In this document: piece after piece, positions 35,772-48,960 of the stretch | Layout of the letters: each line of letters starts with the position of its first letter | Numbering within the stretch: the first letter of the stretch is position 1 | From: Mizuhopecten yessoensis | Taxonomy: Eukaryota | Direction of reading: 5' to 3' | Assembly: GCF_002113885.1 (NCBI RefSeq) | Contig: NW_018408705.1 | Coordinates: 334,000 to 397,999, forward strand | DNA length: 64,000 bases | The notes under the pieces: model-generated | Told to the model about the DNA's origin: nothing | What the model saw: only the letters and a program-made list of their open reading frames with translations | The model's database searches: none | Program-made: the position numbers and the translations under genes

Positions 35772-35881
35772 TGGTGGTTTGACGCCAGCTTGGTTTGGAA
35801 CCCGGCCGAATATGCCAACATCACCAAACTGGAGGTACCTTCCCCCAAAATATGGACGCCCGACATTGTCCTCTTTAACAA
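35772..35881 (+). CDS. nAChR alpha exon 3b (110 nt; WWFDASLVWNPAEYANITKLEVPSPKIWTPDIVLFN), alternative paralogue of 3a
   Basis: Acceptor tttgtttctgaaag| and donor AA|GTAAGT. Same length and phase as 3a, open frame, and colinear with 3a without gaps. Confidence 0.9.
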
Positions 35882-37096
35882 GTAAGTACGCATGTACTGG
35901 AAGTTTGGACTTTTTCTTTCTTATTTATGTCCGTTCGTTAATGTACTGTATGATCATTTTATTTACTTTTCATCAGCTCGTGTCATTGATTATAATGAAA
36001 AAGAAATGTAAATGTTAATAATGTGTTACATATATCGAAGAGATCTAAAAAGTGATGATTTTGATTGTCATAACCTTATAACATTATATATAAATCATCA
36101 GCATCCATTTTTCGAGTGTAATATTTTGGCATGGTTGTTCAAAAGGTGATTAGTTAAGTAGATAGTGTAATTTTTGTTTTTCTTGTATCTTTAAAAAAAA
36201 AAAGCATCACTTGATTTTAAATTTTACAGACAGTTAAGATATTACCAATGTAAGTTATATCCAAAATTACAAGTTTTACAAGTTCATAGACGGATTTATT
36301 AGATGTTGAAAATGTCGTTAAACAATTATTAAGCTAATCACCTAAAAAAACCAGCTGGATCATGGTTTCTCCAATTGACAGAAAAATATCGTATCCGTGT
36401 TATTAATGGAATCTAAAGCCGTTATGGAGAATACTCGTTATACAATGATAATGGTCAACACTGACCATCTCTGGACCTACTGTGAATGTGCGTGCATTTA
36501 TAAAGTACATGTGTTTATATGACGTACTTACATGTATATAATGTGTTTAATATTTCTTTATTTTCCTTTACATGTTTAAGCAATGTCATGTCATATATTT
36601 CACCATGAACACACTTTTCATGATTTCACATCGAGTGCTTGTTTTAGCTATTTGATACAGAGACATACTAGATTCACGGTTAATGTTTATATAATGACTT
36701 ATATTGGCAATGAATTTACTACAGATTTTTTGATCGAATGATTACATGGAATTTTATTTTGTTTCAATTGTTTCACGTATAGTATGTGAAGTGCACATGA
36801 CATTTCATTGTAGCATTTTTCTTTTGAAGGATTGCAGTGACTGTCACGTTTAACAACACTTAAAGCACGTGACGCCCCGTGCGTTGAATAAATGTCGGAC
36901 TTGCTTTTCAGACAAACTATTCCTAAGCGAGGGATAGTCGAGAGCATATTGGAATACACAAAGCAATTACTCTCCAAAATGTCTTTTTTCTTCCCACGCC
37001 AAAATTTAATTTGGATTGATACACATCCTGTTTTATTAGAAAGTGAGTAGTATATACAGTACATAGGGTACGTCACCAATGATCCATCCTTGTTTA

Positions 37097-37173
37097 GAAG
37101 TATGTCACCGATTATCTCCCTTAGCTAGGAAGTATGTCACCGATTATCTCCCTTAGCTAGGAGGTATGTCACC
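37097..37173. repeat. 32-bp direct repeat, about 2.4 copies
   Basis: gaagtatgtcaccgattatctcccttagctag at 37097 and 37129, partial at 37161. Confidence 0.9.
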
Positions 37174-38199
37174 AGATGTCGGTTCACGTCTCTCACCCTT
37201 TGTTGCATGGTAACCAAACACGCAGAATTCTTTATTTTCACAAATCGAAACTAATCAAACTTAAAGATTTTAACAAATTACTTCCATGTCGAAAACATCG
37301 ATATCTTTATTTGTACAGAAGAGTGGGTCGACATTACAACGAATTGGGAGGACATTTTTATTGTAGGGGAACTTAGGTTTAGGGTTGTTTAGTCACTGTT
37401 TTAAACCCAAAGGATTCGTTTAGGCGCGGTTCCACGGTTACCCCCTCCCCGGGACATCTCTTTTACTGTGCCTCCATCCTCCCCCGGGACAATACGCGTT
37501 ATCAATCTAATCAATACCAATGCATGTCGCTCTGTACACTTTATTGAGTATCGTAATGAAAAGCTGTTCGAATAAATCTTTGTCACCAGTGGTTACATAA
37601 TTGGCCTCTCCGAAAAGCCGGGACATATTGCATCTCGGCAGAGCTGACGTATAGGAATATTGACAGCCCTAATGTAGCCAAACACATAAAAACCAATATC
37701 TGCTCCTCGCGCTCCAAAGGCTGCCAAACTTGGTCCTTGTTTCCCCTACGGAGGAACAACACCCTGTAAAAATCGAAACAGAAGCAGGAATTGTTGCCTG
37801 CTAGCCTACGGTGTGTTGATTTGGGGATTTGTCACGTATCGGCGGGAAATCTCAATTTCCTTATGCCAATTATATTGACAAGATACATTTGAATCTTCAT
37901 CTTGAGTTCATGCCCAATATGACACGATATTGTTTACGGTTCGGTTCTAGGCGAGTACGGTAGGATGATCGAATAAATTGAGTATGGGCCAGTATGCTAC
38001 TGAAAAAGACTAATAACTTATATTATACAGATTCTACACCATACGTGTATAAATAAAAATAGATTGAATAGTATAAAAGCCTTCACATGTACTATCTATG
38101 TATCATACAGGTCCGTAAAATGTACGATAAAAATAACATATCGGCCGTCAACCTATAGCGAATAAAAATCTTAGACCTTCAACTTATACCGTCTAAATT

Positions 38200-39770
38200 T
38201 CTTAAATATCTTAGAGGCCCTCAACCTGTACATGTACCATCTAAATACCTCACAGGCCCTCAACCTGTACATGTACCATCTAAATATCTTACAGACCCTC
38301 AACCTGTACATGTACCATCTAAATGTCTTGCAAACCCTCAACCTGTACATGTACCATCTAAATATCTTAGACGCCCTCAACCTGTACATGTACCATCTAA
38401 ATATCTTAGAGGCCCTCAACATGTACATGTACCATCTAAATACCTCACAGGCCCTCAACCTGAACATGTACCATTTAAATATCTAAGAGGCCCTCAACCT
38501 GTACATGGACCATCTAAATATCTTAGCGGCCCTCAACCTGTACATGTACCATCTAAATACCTCACAGGCCCTCAACCTGTACATGTACCATCTAAATACC
38601 TTACAGACCCTCAACCTGTACATGTACCATCTAAATACCTCACAGACCCTCAACCTGTACATGTACCATCTAAATACCTCACAGGCCCTCAACCTGTACA
38701 TGTACCATCTAAATACCTTACAGACCCTCAACCTGTACATGTACCATCTAAATACCTCACAGGCCTACAACCTGTACATGTACCATCTAAATATCTTACA
38801 GACCCTGTACATGTACCATCTAAATATCTTACAGACCCTGTACATGTACCATCTAAATACCTTACATGCCCTCAACCTGGTCATGTACCATCTAAATATC
38901 TTACAGGCCCTCAACCTGTACATGTACCATCTAAATACCTTACAGGCCCTCAACCTGGTCATGTACCATCTAAATATCTTACAGGCCCTCAACCTGTACA
39001 TGTACCATCTAAATATCTTACAGACCCTGTACATGTACCATCTAAATATCTTACAGGCCCTGTACATGTACCATCTAAATACCTTACAGGCCCTCAACCT
39101 GGTCATGTACCATCTAAATATCTTACAGGCCCTTAACCTGTATATGTACCATCTAAATACCTTACAGGCCCTCAACCTGGTCATGTACCATCTAAATATC
39201 TTGCAGGCCCTCAACCTGTACATGTACCATCTAAATATATTAGAGGCCCTCAACTTGTACATGTACCATCTTAATATCTTACAGACCCTCAACCTGTACA
39301 TGTACATGTACCATCTAAATATCTTACCGACCCTCATCCTGTACATGTACCATCTAAATATCTTAGAGGCCCTCAACTTATACATGCACCATCTAAATAC
39401 CTCAAAGGCCCTCAACCTGTACGTGTAAATGTACCATCTAATATATGACAGACCCTCATCCTGTACATGTACCATCTTAATATCTTACAGACCCTCAAGA
39501 TGTACTTCTAAATATCTTACAGACCCTCAACCTGTACATGTACCATCTCAATATCTTACAGGTCATCAACCTGTACATGTTCCATCTCAATATCTTACAG
39601 GCCCTCAACCTGTACATGTACCATCTAAATATGTTAGAGGCCCTCAACTTGTACATGTACCATCTAAATACCTCACAGACCCTCAACCTGTACATGTACC
39701 ATCTAAATATCTTACAGGCCATCAACCTGTACATGTTCCATCTAAATATCTTACAGACCCTTAACCTATA
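38200..39770. repeat. 39-bp minisatellite (about 40 copies, with some 33-bp deletion variants) in intron 3
   Basis: Unit aggccctcaacctgtacatgtaccatctaaatatcttac. Confidence 0.97.
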
Positions 39771-40579
39771 TTGCCTGATTATCATACAAAACTTTAGCCT
39801 AAATGTATACTATTTAAATACCAATCTTAAACTTTCATTCATATAACCAATTTTAATCATATGAATTGAAGACCCGTTTCTGAAACAAACACTATTTACA
39901 TACAACATACATGGTTTCACATTGGTATGCATGGTCCGCAAAAACTATATACATTGTACAACAACTTAAAACGCAAATAAATAGATTACCATTACCTTAG
40001 TAAATAAAATGCTTTATACTTTAACGAATATACCCAGCTTCACACCTGAATAAATTTCTCAAAGTATTGTTCTGTCCAAAATACCTGTACAGAGTGGCAT
40101 CACATAAAGTCCAAAAAATTAGACGGCGATGCCCTATCCATCTTCCGCCCAATATCTGTCGACTTGTTGTAAATCAATTTGTAACAACCTGGCTACCATC
40201 AGTCGTAAATGATCTAACAGAAGTATCTAAATATATCTGTTTAGCATTCAAATAAATAAAACATTGGTTTGAAATTACAATTTATAGATCGGAGATTCTT
40301 ACCGGGTTGATTGGGATCGTTTATATCAATTACATCTAATACAATTAATGGGAATTATATTTGGCACGATAAGCTTAGAGAAAGTGTACACGAATCTAGA
40401 ATTATGCCAAAAGCATGTCAATTTATTTACAGAAACACAGTATATACCTATACATTGTATTGTGATCTCACCCTGTCCCGCCCAATACCTCCAAAGCTTC
40501 CAGTGCTTAAATATAACTCAACAGCAAGACTGCTTTCGTTTTGAGTCTGGTCTTTTTAAAGATGAGCTTGACCTTTCAG

Positions 40580-41579
40580 TGCTGACGGCCACTACGAAGT
40601 GACCTTGATGACAAAGGCCACATTACACCCAAACGGTAAAGTTGTTTGGGAGCCTCCTGCAATCTACAAGTCGTCGTGTCAGATAGACGTGGAGTTCTTC
40701 CCCTTTGATATCCAGCAGTGCAGCATGAAGTTCGGGTCGTGGACGTACGACGGCGATCAGGTCGACATCATCCACATGTGCTCAGACGAAGCCATGGACC
40801 GGAAGTTGATTGCAGAGGGTATTGACCTGCGAGATTTCTACCCGAGCGTAGAATGGGACATCCTTGAAGGGACCGCCCGGAAGAACGTCCGCCATTATCC
40901 CTGCTGTCCCGAGCCGTATCCAGATATCACATTTAACATCACAATGAGGCGGAAGACTCTGTTCCACACAGTCAACCTTATCATCCCATGTGTCTCAATC
41001 TCATTCCTAACTGTCCTAGTGTTCTATTTACCCTCAGACAGCGGAGAGAAAATTACTCTGTGTATCTCCATTTTGCTCTCGCTTACTGTATTTTTCCTGC
41101 TGTTGGCGGAGATAATTCCGCCTACCTCCATAGTGGTGCCCCTGATCGGCAAATACCTCCTCTTCACCATGATCCTGGTTACCTTGTCCATCCTTGTCAC
41201 CGTCATAGTCCTCAACGTTCACTTCCGGTCTCCCTCCACACACACCATGTCGCCATGGGTGCGAAGGGTGTTCCTCAACATACTTCCACGACTGTTGATC
41301 ATGCGTAGACCTACCACTGACCGGGAGGGAACGCAGTCACGTGTTACTGTAAGAACTTGGAACGGGGTGGAAATACGAAATTCCTACCCAGATCATATAT
41401 GTAACACGATAGACGGGGAGGACATACGGTTCATCCGCCATGGACTAGAGGAACTAGTTGCTGCAGCGGAGACAGATTCCTGCCATAGGAGAAAACCGGT
41501 CCCGTTGGAGATACAAAACGCTGTGGATAGCGTTTTCTTCATTGCTGAGCATTTAAAGTCAGAGGACCAGGAAAATTCA
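40580..41579 (+). CDS. nAChR alpha coding exon 4 (1000 nt; loop E, Cys-loop, loops B/F/C, M1-M3, cytoplasmic loop, MA helix)
   Basis: Acceptor acctttcag|T completes the AA-T Asn codon and continues [13 protein letters not shown]...[12 protein letters not shown]. Donor TCA|GTAAGT at 41580. Confidence 0.96.
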
Positions 41580-44080
41580 GTAAGTACATTCCAATTAGCC
41601 TGCTTGAAAAACGGGTTATTCCCAATTTACTTCGACAAGGAAAAGTATTTAACCGAATATAAACGAATTTCGCGCACGAATTTCCTCAATAAAACGATAC
41701 TCAAAGAAAATATCTAAGATTTCTCTATATGTTTTCTTGAGGTTATATTAAACCTGTATCACGTGCAGAATGTGTAAATTATCAAAAAAACGTCCGTTTG
41801 ATTACAGCCAAGTACATATAAAAACACAGAAATATGTTAATGATGTACATAACGCATTCCAGTATAACATGCGCCTGGCTCACGGTATACGCGTGATTTA
41901 CGTCTATCTATATTATGATCGAATAAAAACTTAACGCAGTTCAAGTGCTATACATCTGTTTACTAATGGTGTGATATATCACATTAAAGAGATTGCAGAA
42001 GTATATAAGTACACTTTGTAAAATGAACGGATCTAGCATGGTCACCCGCACTCTTGTGTGTTAATGTGATGTTAAGCGTTCGTGTGCTGCGGTTTTGTGA
42101 CAGTGCTGTGTGTAATTGGCGCGCGTGACATCGCACATTGTCTAGCAATTCTATTTCCCTTTCTTCAACTTCTAATCGATTTCTTAAAATTGAAGAGGAA
42201 AACGACTTTGAGGATAAATATCCCTTTTCAATCGGACTCCCGTCCAAGTCAGTCGATCCACGTTTTATTTATATTCATCCTGCATCCCGCCAATTGTCAG
42301 CTAATGGAGCATTTCATTTTTTGCATTTGTTTTTTTTTCTATCGTTGAACCATTGAAATTGAACAAAAATTGATTTAGTGCAAGTCCGTTGGGTTAAAGT
42401 ACTCGGTTAATCTATTTGTAGGACAAATACAATTTCTCAAGCAGGTACATTGTACGCATGCGCGGTATTTAGATATCCGGTGTAGGTTCAGAATCTGTTG
42501 AATAATTCAAAGAAAAAGGCCACTCCACATAACAAATATTTCTTTTAGAGCTTTATGCATGGTTTCTGTTATTGTAGTTCTATGATAAAACTATTACCGG
42601 CTATGTTTTATACGACATTTATCGGTATAGGGTTCAGTAACGACATGGTAGAGCAATAAGTATAACGCTTAGCAATATTCACATCGCCATTGGTTTCAAC
42701 GTCTTTCTAAATCATGTCCAACTCAATTGTCTTTGTAAGTCCGGATGTGGGCAGGCTAAATATAACTAACCACCGAGCATTACACAAACGACATATTCTG
42801 AAATTTGATGTTTTACAAACAAATATAAATCATCTTTATTTAAACAAATTTATGGACGTTTTGAAATAAACAACATTGCAGTTCTTATCTGAAGCGTTTA
42901 ATCTACGAATGTTTAGAATGATTGCATGGCAGCCATACTGGAGTAAAGAGTGGATGTATAGTGGACGTACTTTAGAACTGGTTAACCAAATATGGCTTGG
43001 TACTTTAATACAACAGCTAGGTGAGGGGCGTGTATTTAACAGATTCGGTTTTAAAGCATGTTGAGCGCGTGTTTCGTGCTGAATTGTTAAACCACCAAAT
43101 CAATGCTTTCCCACTTTTTGTCTTATCTTTAAATGTTTAATGCATGTATATTCCCTACGAGGTATATCGGATCACTCAAGAATCCATACTTGCAGTAATT
43201 TCTTCCACTCCCTAATAATCTGTAGCGTATATAAGTTTGTTTTATTTCATAATCCATATTAGGTCTTTATTTAAATATTTTTGGTCGGGTGATTCATCAC
43301 TGAAAAAATCTCAAAAGGATTGGTACATCTAAAAAGCAAACATGTACAAATGTGCATGCGTATTTGTGATGAACGTCGCGATAAATTCAAATGACGGCAT
43401 GAGCGCGAGGCCAACTTGATGACTGTTCTAAGATACGTCGATCAGTTTCCTGGATTATAACAGAGATACATCATTTTGTTGGATTAGACGCGCCCCTTAA
43501 CCTAGTCAGCTCCAATATAGCATGTAACAATTTGTTTTCGTGTTTTCGTCTGTGGAAAATGTTTGGAAATATTGAAGAAATTAGTTCGTCAAATTTACAT
43601 ACAGTCAATTTAAGTAAGCCGTCAAGTAAACAAGTTACAAAATCACGCCTTTCTTTTATGAATGCTATTAACTGATTATTGTCGTCATTTTTATTATGAC
43701 GTCATAATTGTAACGTTGGATACCACTGTCCCTCTCTGGATAGATGGCAGTATTGCTCATTGAACAAGCGTATAAGAGTAATTCGATTAATTTTAACAAA
43801 ATACTAAAAAATATTACGAGTGACTGATTTTCTATGAGATAAACAGATTCCGGAAATTTTAAATCTAAACATTTACATTTTCTAGCACGCTTCATTGAAT
43901 TTGCTTTTATCCAGTTTGCATTTATATAGCCTATGAATGCTAACTGAAAGCAGTTCAATACTTTAAAAATACACAAAAATACTCGTACTGCTCTACACAA
44001 CTTTAAAAATCATTATAAAATTTACTTATTTACTTAATATCCTTATCTAATATGTGTCGCTCCTATTGTCCATTAAACAG

Positions 44081-44248
44081 ATAAAAGAGGACTGGAAGTA
44101 CGTTGCTATGGTGCTGGACCGCTTGTTCCTGTGGATCTTCACCACCGCCTGTGTAGTGGGAACTTTCGGGATCATTCTACAGGCGCCCACAATTTACGAC
44201 GCCAGAATGCCTCTGACGCCCCAAGACACGTGCTTCCTGCCGTCTTAG
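44081..44248 (+). CDS. nAChR alpha terminal coding exon ([20 protein letters not shown]..., M4, stop)
   Basis: Acceptor cattaaacag|, conserved [11 protein letters not shown] motif, TAG at 44246-44248. Confidence 0.96.
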   Translation: MKEDWKYVAMVLDRLFLWIFTTACVVGTFGIILQAPTIYDARMPLTPQDTCFLPS

Positions 44249-46209
44249 TGATGACGTCATGTCTTGTGATTGCGTCATCGTGTGACGGTTCCATATCTGT
44301 GATAGTGACGTTGATATGATTGTGGACATGTGTGGACGTGTGTGTCCTACTAGGGTTATGCAAGGCCGTATAGTGACTGTTGGGACATGTTCGTGGTGAA
44401 AACGTGACAGATTGTATGTACACCGATTGCCCTAGAGATAGTATAAATGTTGCAGATGTTACGAGTTTAGTGTTTATTTATTAGCTTTCATAGTTTATTT
44501 CTGTAATATCGTAGTAAACTATTTGTAAACAAGAGTCAACCAAATTGTGGTTTAATGGCTTGAAATACTTTTAAGACAAAAAAAAATTGTTCCATTTATG
44601 CATAATGACCACAAGATGGACAATGTGTATAAACGCCTACGTGGTATCGTTTTAAGTATTTATAATATCCTTTTAGCAGTTAGTTAAATATTATTTAATA
44701 AATAGAGACAAAATTCTTAAAAAGTCAATTATTACGTCTTAGGTAAATACATATCATTTATCGCCACTTGATTTATTGGTAGGACAAATAAATCTGACTC
44801 ATCATGCCGCCGGAATTATGAGTCCGGATCGTGTTACGTTTCATAGTCTCCCTGATTAGGTAGCTGTTTCCGCAAACGAGACATTTTTGTTTTATTATTA
44901 AAAAAGAATCTGGGAGATTGTGAAGTAATTCTAATATATAAATCTCATCTATACTTTTTGCTTAATTTTGAAATGTGCTGCGCAAGTAAATATTTTATAT
45001 CACATAAAAAGTGCCCTATAACATTTTCCTGTCCGTTTAATATTTTGAATAGACACTTAGGGCGGTGTGACATTTGTTGATTAATAAAACTTTGATGTAA
45101 AAATTTCAAACATTTCTAAAAATACATTTTAAACAATCCCAGACAGTTAATAAGAACTTTATTACGATGTGAGTCGGGACATTTTGTAGTCTACACAAAG
45201 GCCATAGTCTTGTGAACATTTACAGGAAGAGGTACTTTACAGCCATTGACGATGAGGAACAGTAATATGTCTGGTTTAGAATTCAGGAACTGGTACATGT
45301 TCTTTACAATATCTGGTTTAGCCTACAGAAACTGGTACTTTACAGCCTTGACAGGAACAGTGTACGTGTCGTTTAGTTTATGTTTCATATCTCTTATTGT
45401 TGTTGTTGTTGTTGTTAATTTGTTCTTATTTACATTGGAAATCTAAATAGTTAACAAACACTCAAGTTTCTTTGAGTTATTTTTGGTCGTCATCCATAAG
45501 ATAAACATCGATTTGTTTTACACAGACAAGATTTGAATACGACTTATATTTTGACCCAAAGACTACAAAGAAAAAATCCAGAATGCTTTGGCACTGCTTT
45601 GATGTCAAGGTGGACTTCAAATCGCATTTGTTTCCTGCCAAAGGGGAGTAACCATATGTAGAATGTGTTCGTGTTGTGCCGTAGACTACAGCACTATACA
45701 TACAGCTAGTTAATGTCGAACAATGTCGAGTTCAAGGTCACGTTAAACCTTTCTCAAAGTTCAAGGTCACATACACATCATTTTGCCCTCCCTGTAAGAC
45801 TCTGGAGGACTTCAGAAGCCGAAGGAAACATTTAAATAAACCATCACATTGACAGACGTGTTACAGATGTTATTTTCAAAATATGATCCTTGATCTTTTT
45901 TAAACCACAAATTCCTTTCTTGTGTTTTATTTATTAAAATTATATATTTTACAAAACTGACAAAGGAATGCTAAACTGTGTTTGCCGTAAACTTAATGGT
46001 CAACTGTATTGTTATATAGGCATTTAGTATTTGACAACAGCGACATATGAAAGAATATACTGGGAATTATTTTACTTTTTGTATGTGCACTTAGGACGTT
46101 AACAGATTTTGTATTTGCAATTCTCGCCTAAAAGTCCTTACAAAAACAAATGTAATTAAATTAAAACTGCATAAGAATATCTGATAAATCAAGTTTATTA
46201 TAAATGGTT

Positions 46210-46797
46210 TATTATGTCCCCCCTTCGAATGAAGGGAGACATATTGTATTAGTTCTGGTTCTTCTTCTGGTTGTTCTAATCGCAACTTGTCCGGGCCATA
46301 ACTTTTAAGCCGTTAAAGATATCTTGATGACCCACAGAAGGTATGCAGTGCACTGAATTTAGGTCACTGTGACCTTCATCTCAAGGTGAAAGGTCAAATG
46401 AGTGCAACATTTTCAGTAAATTCTTGTCCGGCCCGTACATTTTAAACCGTTAAAGATATTTTGATTAAACTTGAGGTATGCATGCATTACCAACAGAAGG
46501 GCCGCAGTGCACTGGAACTAGGTATCATGCCCCACTATATACAGAGTTATGGCCCTTTTAATTTTTAAATACCAAAGTTTGGCCGTAGCATAAGTTCCAT
46601 GTTATTTCACCTATGTTGACCAAACTTACTATACTTTTAATGTATCTTGGAAAGTAGGAGTGTTGCATTCTAAATTCGGGTCTCGTGTCCCACTATATAA
46701 AGAGATATGGCCGTTTGTTAATATTTTATACCGAAATTTGTCTATTGGTGAATAAGGGGAGACATATGTTTTTGTTCACAAAAAGAAAATTCTAGTT
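46210..46797 (+). mobile_element. HINE/DINE-1-like non-autonomous element
   Basis: 5' hairpin atgtccccccttc/gaagggagacat, short (TTC)n, internal repeats, 3' box aggggagacata, tttttgt-tc-acaaaaa hairpin and ctagtt end. Confidence 0.7.
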
Positions 46798-48644
46798 GAT
46801 GTTTAATTGCGCTTGTTCCTGTCTTCTCTTAAGAACGATTTACATACATTCAGGGTCATATTTTCCACACTGTATATTCATATTTACGTACAATAACTTT
46901 CGCAGTCTTACCATTCTATACTTATTCGAGAGAAATTAATTTCTTGTTTCATTGGACGTGTATGCCTTACTCTATCTATAAATAATGGCTCCAGTAACAC
47001 TTGAATGCACGATCGATACTTCACGCGAATTTACGCAAAAAATATTTCGCTATAAATAATCAACAGTCAACCAAGTAATGGTGTGTATTTCAGTTATATA
47101 GTCTGTATTATACTTTTAGTGCAACCCAGATGTAGTATGTACTGTGTTCATGAACTAACTAAGCTTATTGTCTTTTTAAAACCACGTTTTCGAAGACTGA
47201 CCACTGTGCAGCAAGGAAATTGAGTATAATATAGTTTCAGTTGAAACTACTAGCTGTAATAAAATAAAATAAACAATGTTTCTTGCATTTGTATTGGTTG
47301 GATAACGATCACGTGAAGATTGGTAATTTGTGATATTGACTAGGTATACAGTGGATCTGTTGTTCGAAGAAGAAGGTCAGTATTCACTTTATGACGTCAT
47401 TTCAATTGTAACGTCACAATATTAATGCCATTTGACAAATGGAGTACATTCCTCCGTACAATATCAGTGAATGTGTGGTTATATGGACCTGAGATAGTGA
47501 TACATGTATTGACCTGGACCTCGTTTCGGTAAATATCAAGTTCATATAACCACATTTTAACCACATCATTAGTCTATAAGTGATCACTATTTCATACTTA
47601 AACTGACCCCATTTTGCGAGACATTTGACTTGGTTTTTTCCTTCCACTTTTCCCTACGATGACACACTTCATAAAACATTATCCGCTATCTGCACAATCG
47701 CTTTTTGTAATTAATAAGATATTTGAGTACATACCTCGCAGTTATAAAGGGTCCGCAGGAAACTGTTTGAAATTGTAATACACGTATGTGATACTGATTC
47801 TTAACTATTAAACGTCACACGTAGAATATATGACTAAAACACATCAGCGGTATCGGGAGCTTTCAATTGAAATTTACCCTTTCCGCACAATAAAAAAACT
47901 TTCAAACGGTGGGGGGTTTTCATGTGTGTATTTCTTTTGTATTTTACATACTTTAAAAAGCGACATTTAAATGTTTTATCTTGTCAAAGTACATGAATGA
48001 GGAATGTGAGCCCCACCCTTTTTATTAGTATTTGGACCCGTGCCTTAAATTCAAAAAACACATCTTCCTTGACACCACTTAAAAATACTTAGTTAAACGA
48101 AATAGGGCAAAGCAATATAATTGGAAACACTTTTTTCAAGTTGGCTTATATTGATCGCATGCAGCTTCATAAAGCACAACCAGTGAAATGGCAACTGCTC
48201 TCTCTAACACTTAACACTTTAGAGTTATGCCCAGTTTTGTGATACTACCAACGTGATGAACGTAGGAGAAGTTATCTGGATATGCCGCAGACGGTCAGTT
48301 CTGAATCGAGATGAGGGGGGGGGGTCATAGTCTCTCGCACATCTATGACAAGTTATTAAACAGAGGGTAGCCGAATCGATTTGATCGTCATTTCGTACTT
48401 TTGTAACAATCAGTGACTTACTATTATAGCTTAGCCAAATCAATTTTGTGTCAATTTCATATATATTTTACGAATCCGACGAAGATGACCCATCGTCCAA
48501 ATCATCGAAACGTCACTCTTAAACATTTCACTGATTGTGCTACATTAACCTATAAACAAAGAATAAGACAAATAAGAAACCGGTACCACAGAGCTACCAA
48601 GCAAACTCAAAGTCGGATATCACATACCATAAGTCTATAACAGA

Positions 48645-48960
48645 AACTAAGGAGACACCAAAAAGGGGAACTGATGAGACAACTAAACAATCTGAAAATA
48701 CACCAAAACACCGGGACTGATGAGACACCAAAACAACCGGAACTCGGGAGACTCCAAAACATGCGGGAACGATGAGACACCAACATAGTAAACACCAAAA
48801 CAACATGAACATGGTAAACACCAAAACAACATGAACTTGGGAGACATCAAAACAACAGGAACTTCGGAGACACCAAAACAATAGGAACTGGAGAGACACC
48901 AAAACAACAGGAACTGGGGAGACACCTAAACAACAGGAACTTAGGAGACACCAAAACAAA
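48645..48960. repeat. Degenerate tandem repeat of about 26 bp
   Basis: Recurrent gagacaccaaaacaacaggaact. Confidence 0.85.

Larger units (their letters stand above)
1615..44248 (+). other. Spliced gene for a nicotinic acetylcholine receptor alpha subunit (Cys-loop ligand-gated cation channel), about 505 aa, 5 coding exons with an alternative exon 3
   Basis: Exons 195+45+110+1000+168 nt = 1518 nt join in frame through GT-AG introns. The product has a signal peptide, loop D (NVWLRQ), loop A (WxPDIVLY/FN), a Cys-loop ([15 protein letters not shown]), loop B (WTYD), loop C with vicinal cysteines (YPCC..Y), M1-M3, the SGEK cation filter, an MA helix and M4. Exact orthology cannot be assigned by eye. 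Confidence 0.97.

Noticed and set aside
37480-37489. Single COE/UNC-3-like motif TCCCCCGGGA in a cholinergic gene intron
   Set aside because: One match in 64 kb is compatible with chance.
38171-39846. Long ORFs on both strands (MYHLNILQALNLY repeats, up to 307 aa)
   Set aside because: By-product of a 39-bp (multiple of 3) minisatellite inside intron 3. No domain or splice support.
41580-41717. Exon 4 frame continues 45 codons into intron 4 (M4-less isoform)
   Set aside because: A consensus GTAAGT donor and a proper M4 exon exist. An open run of this length can occur by chance.
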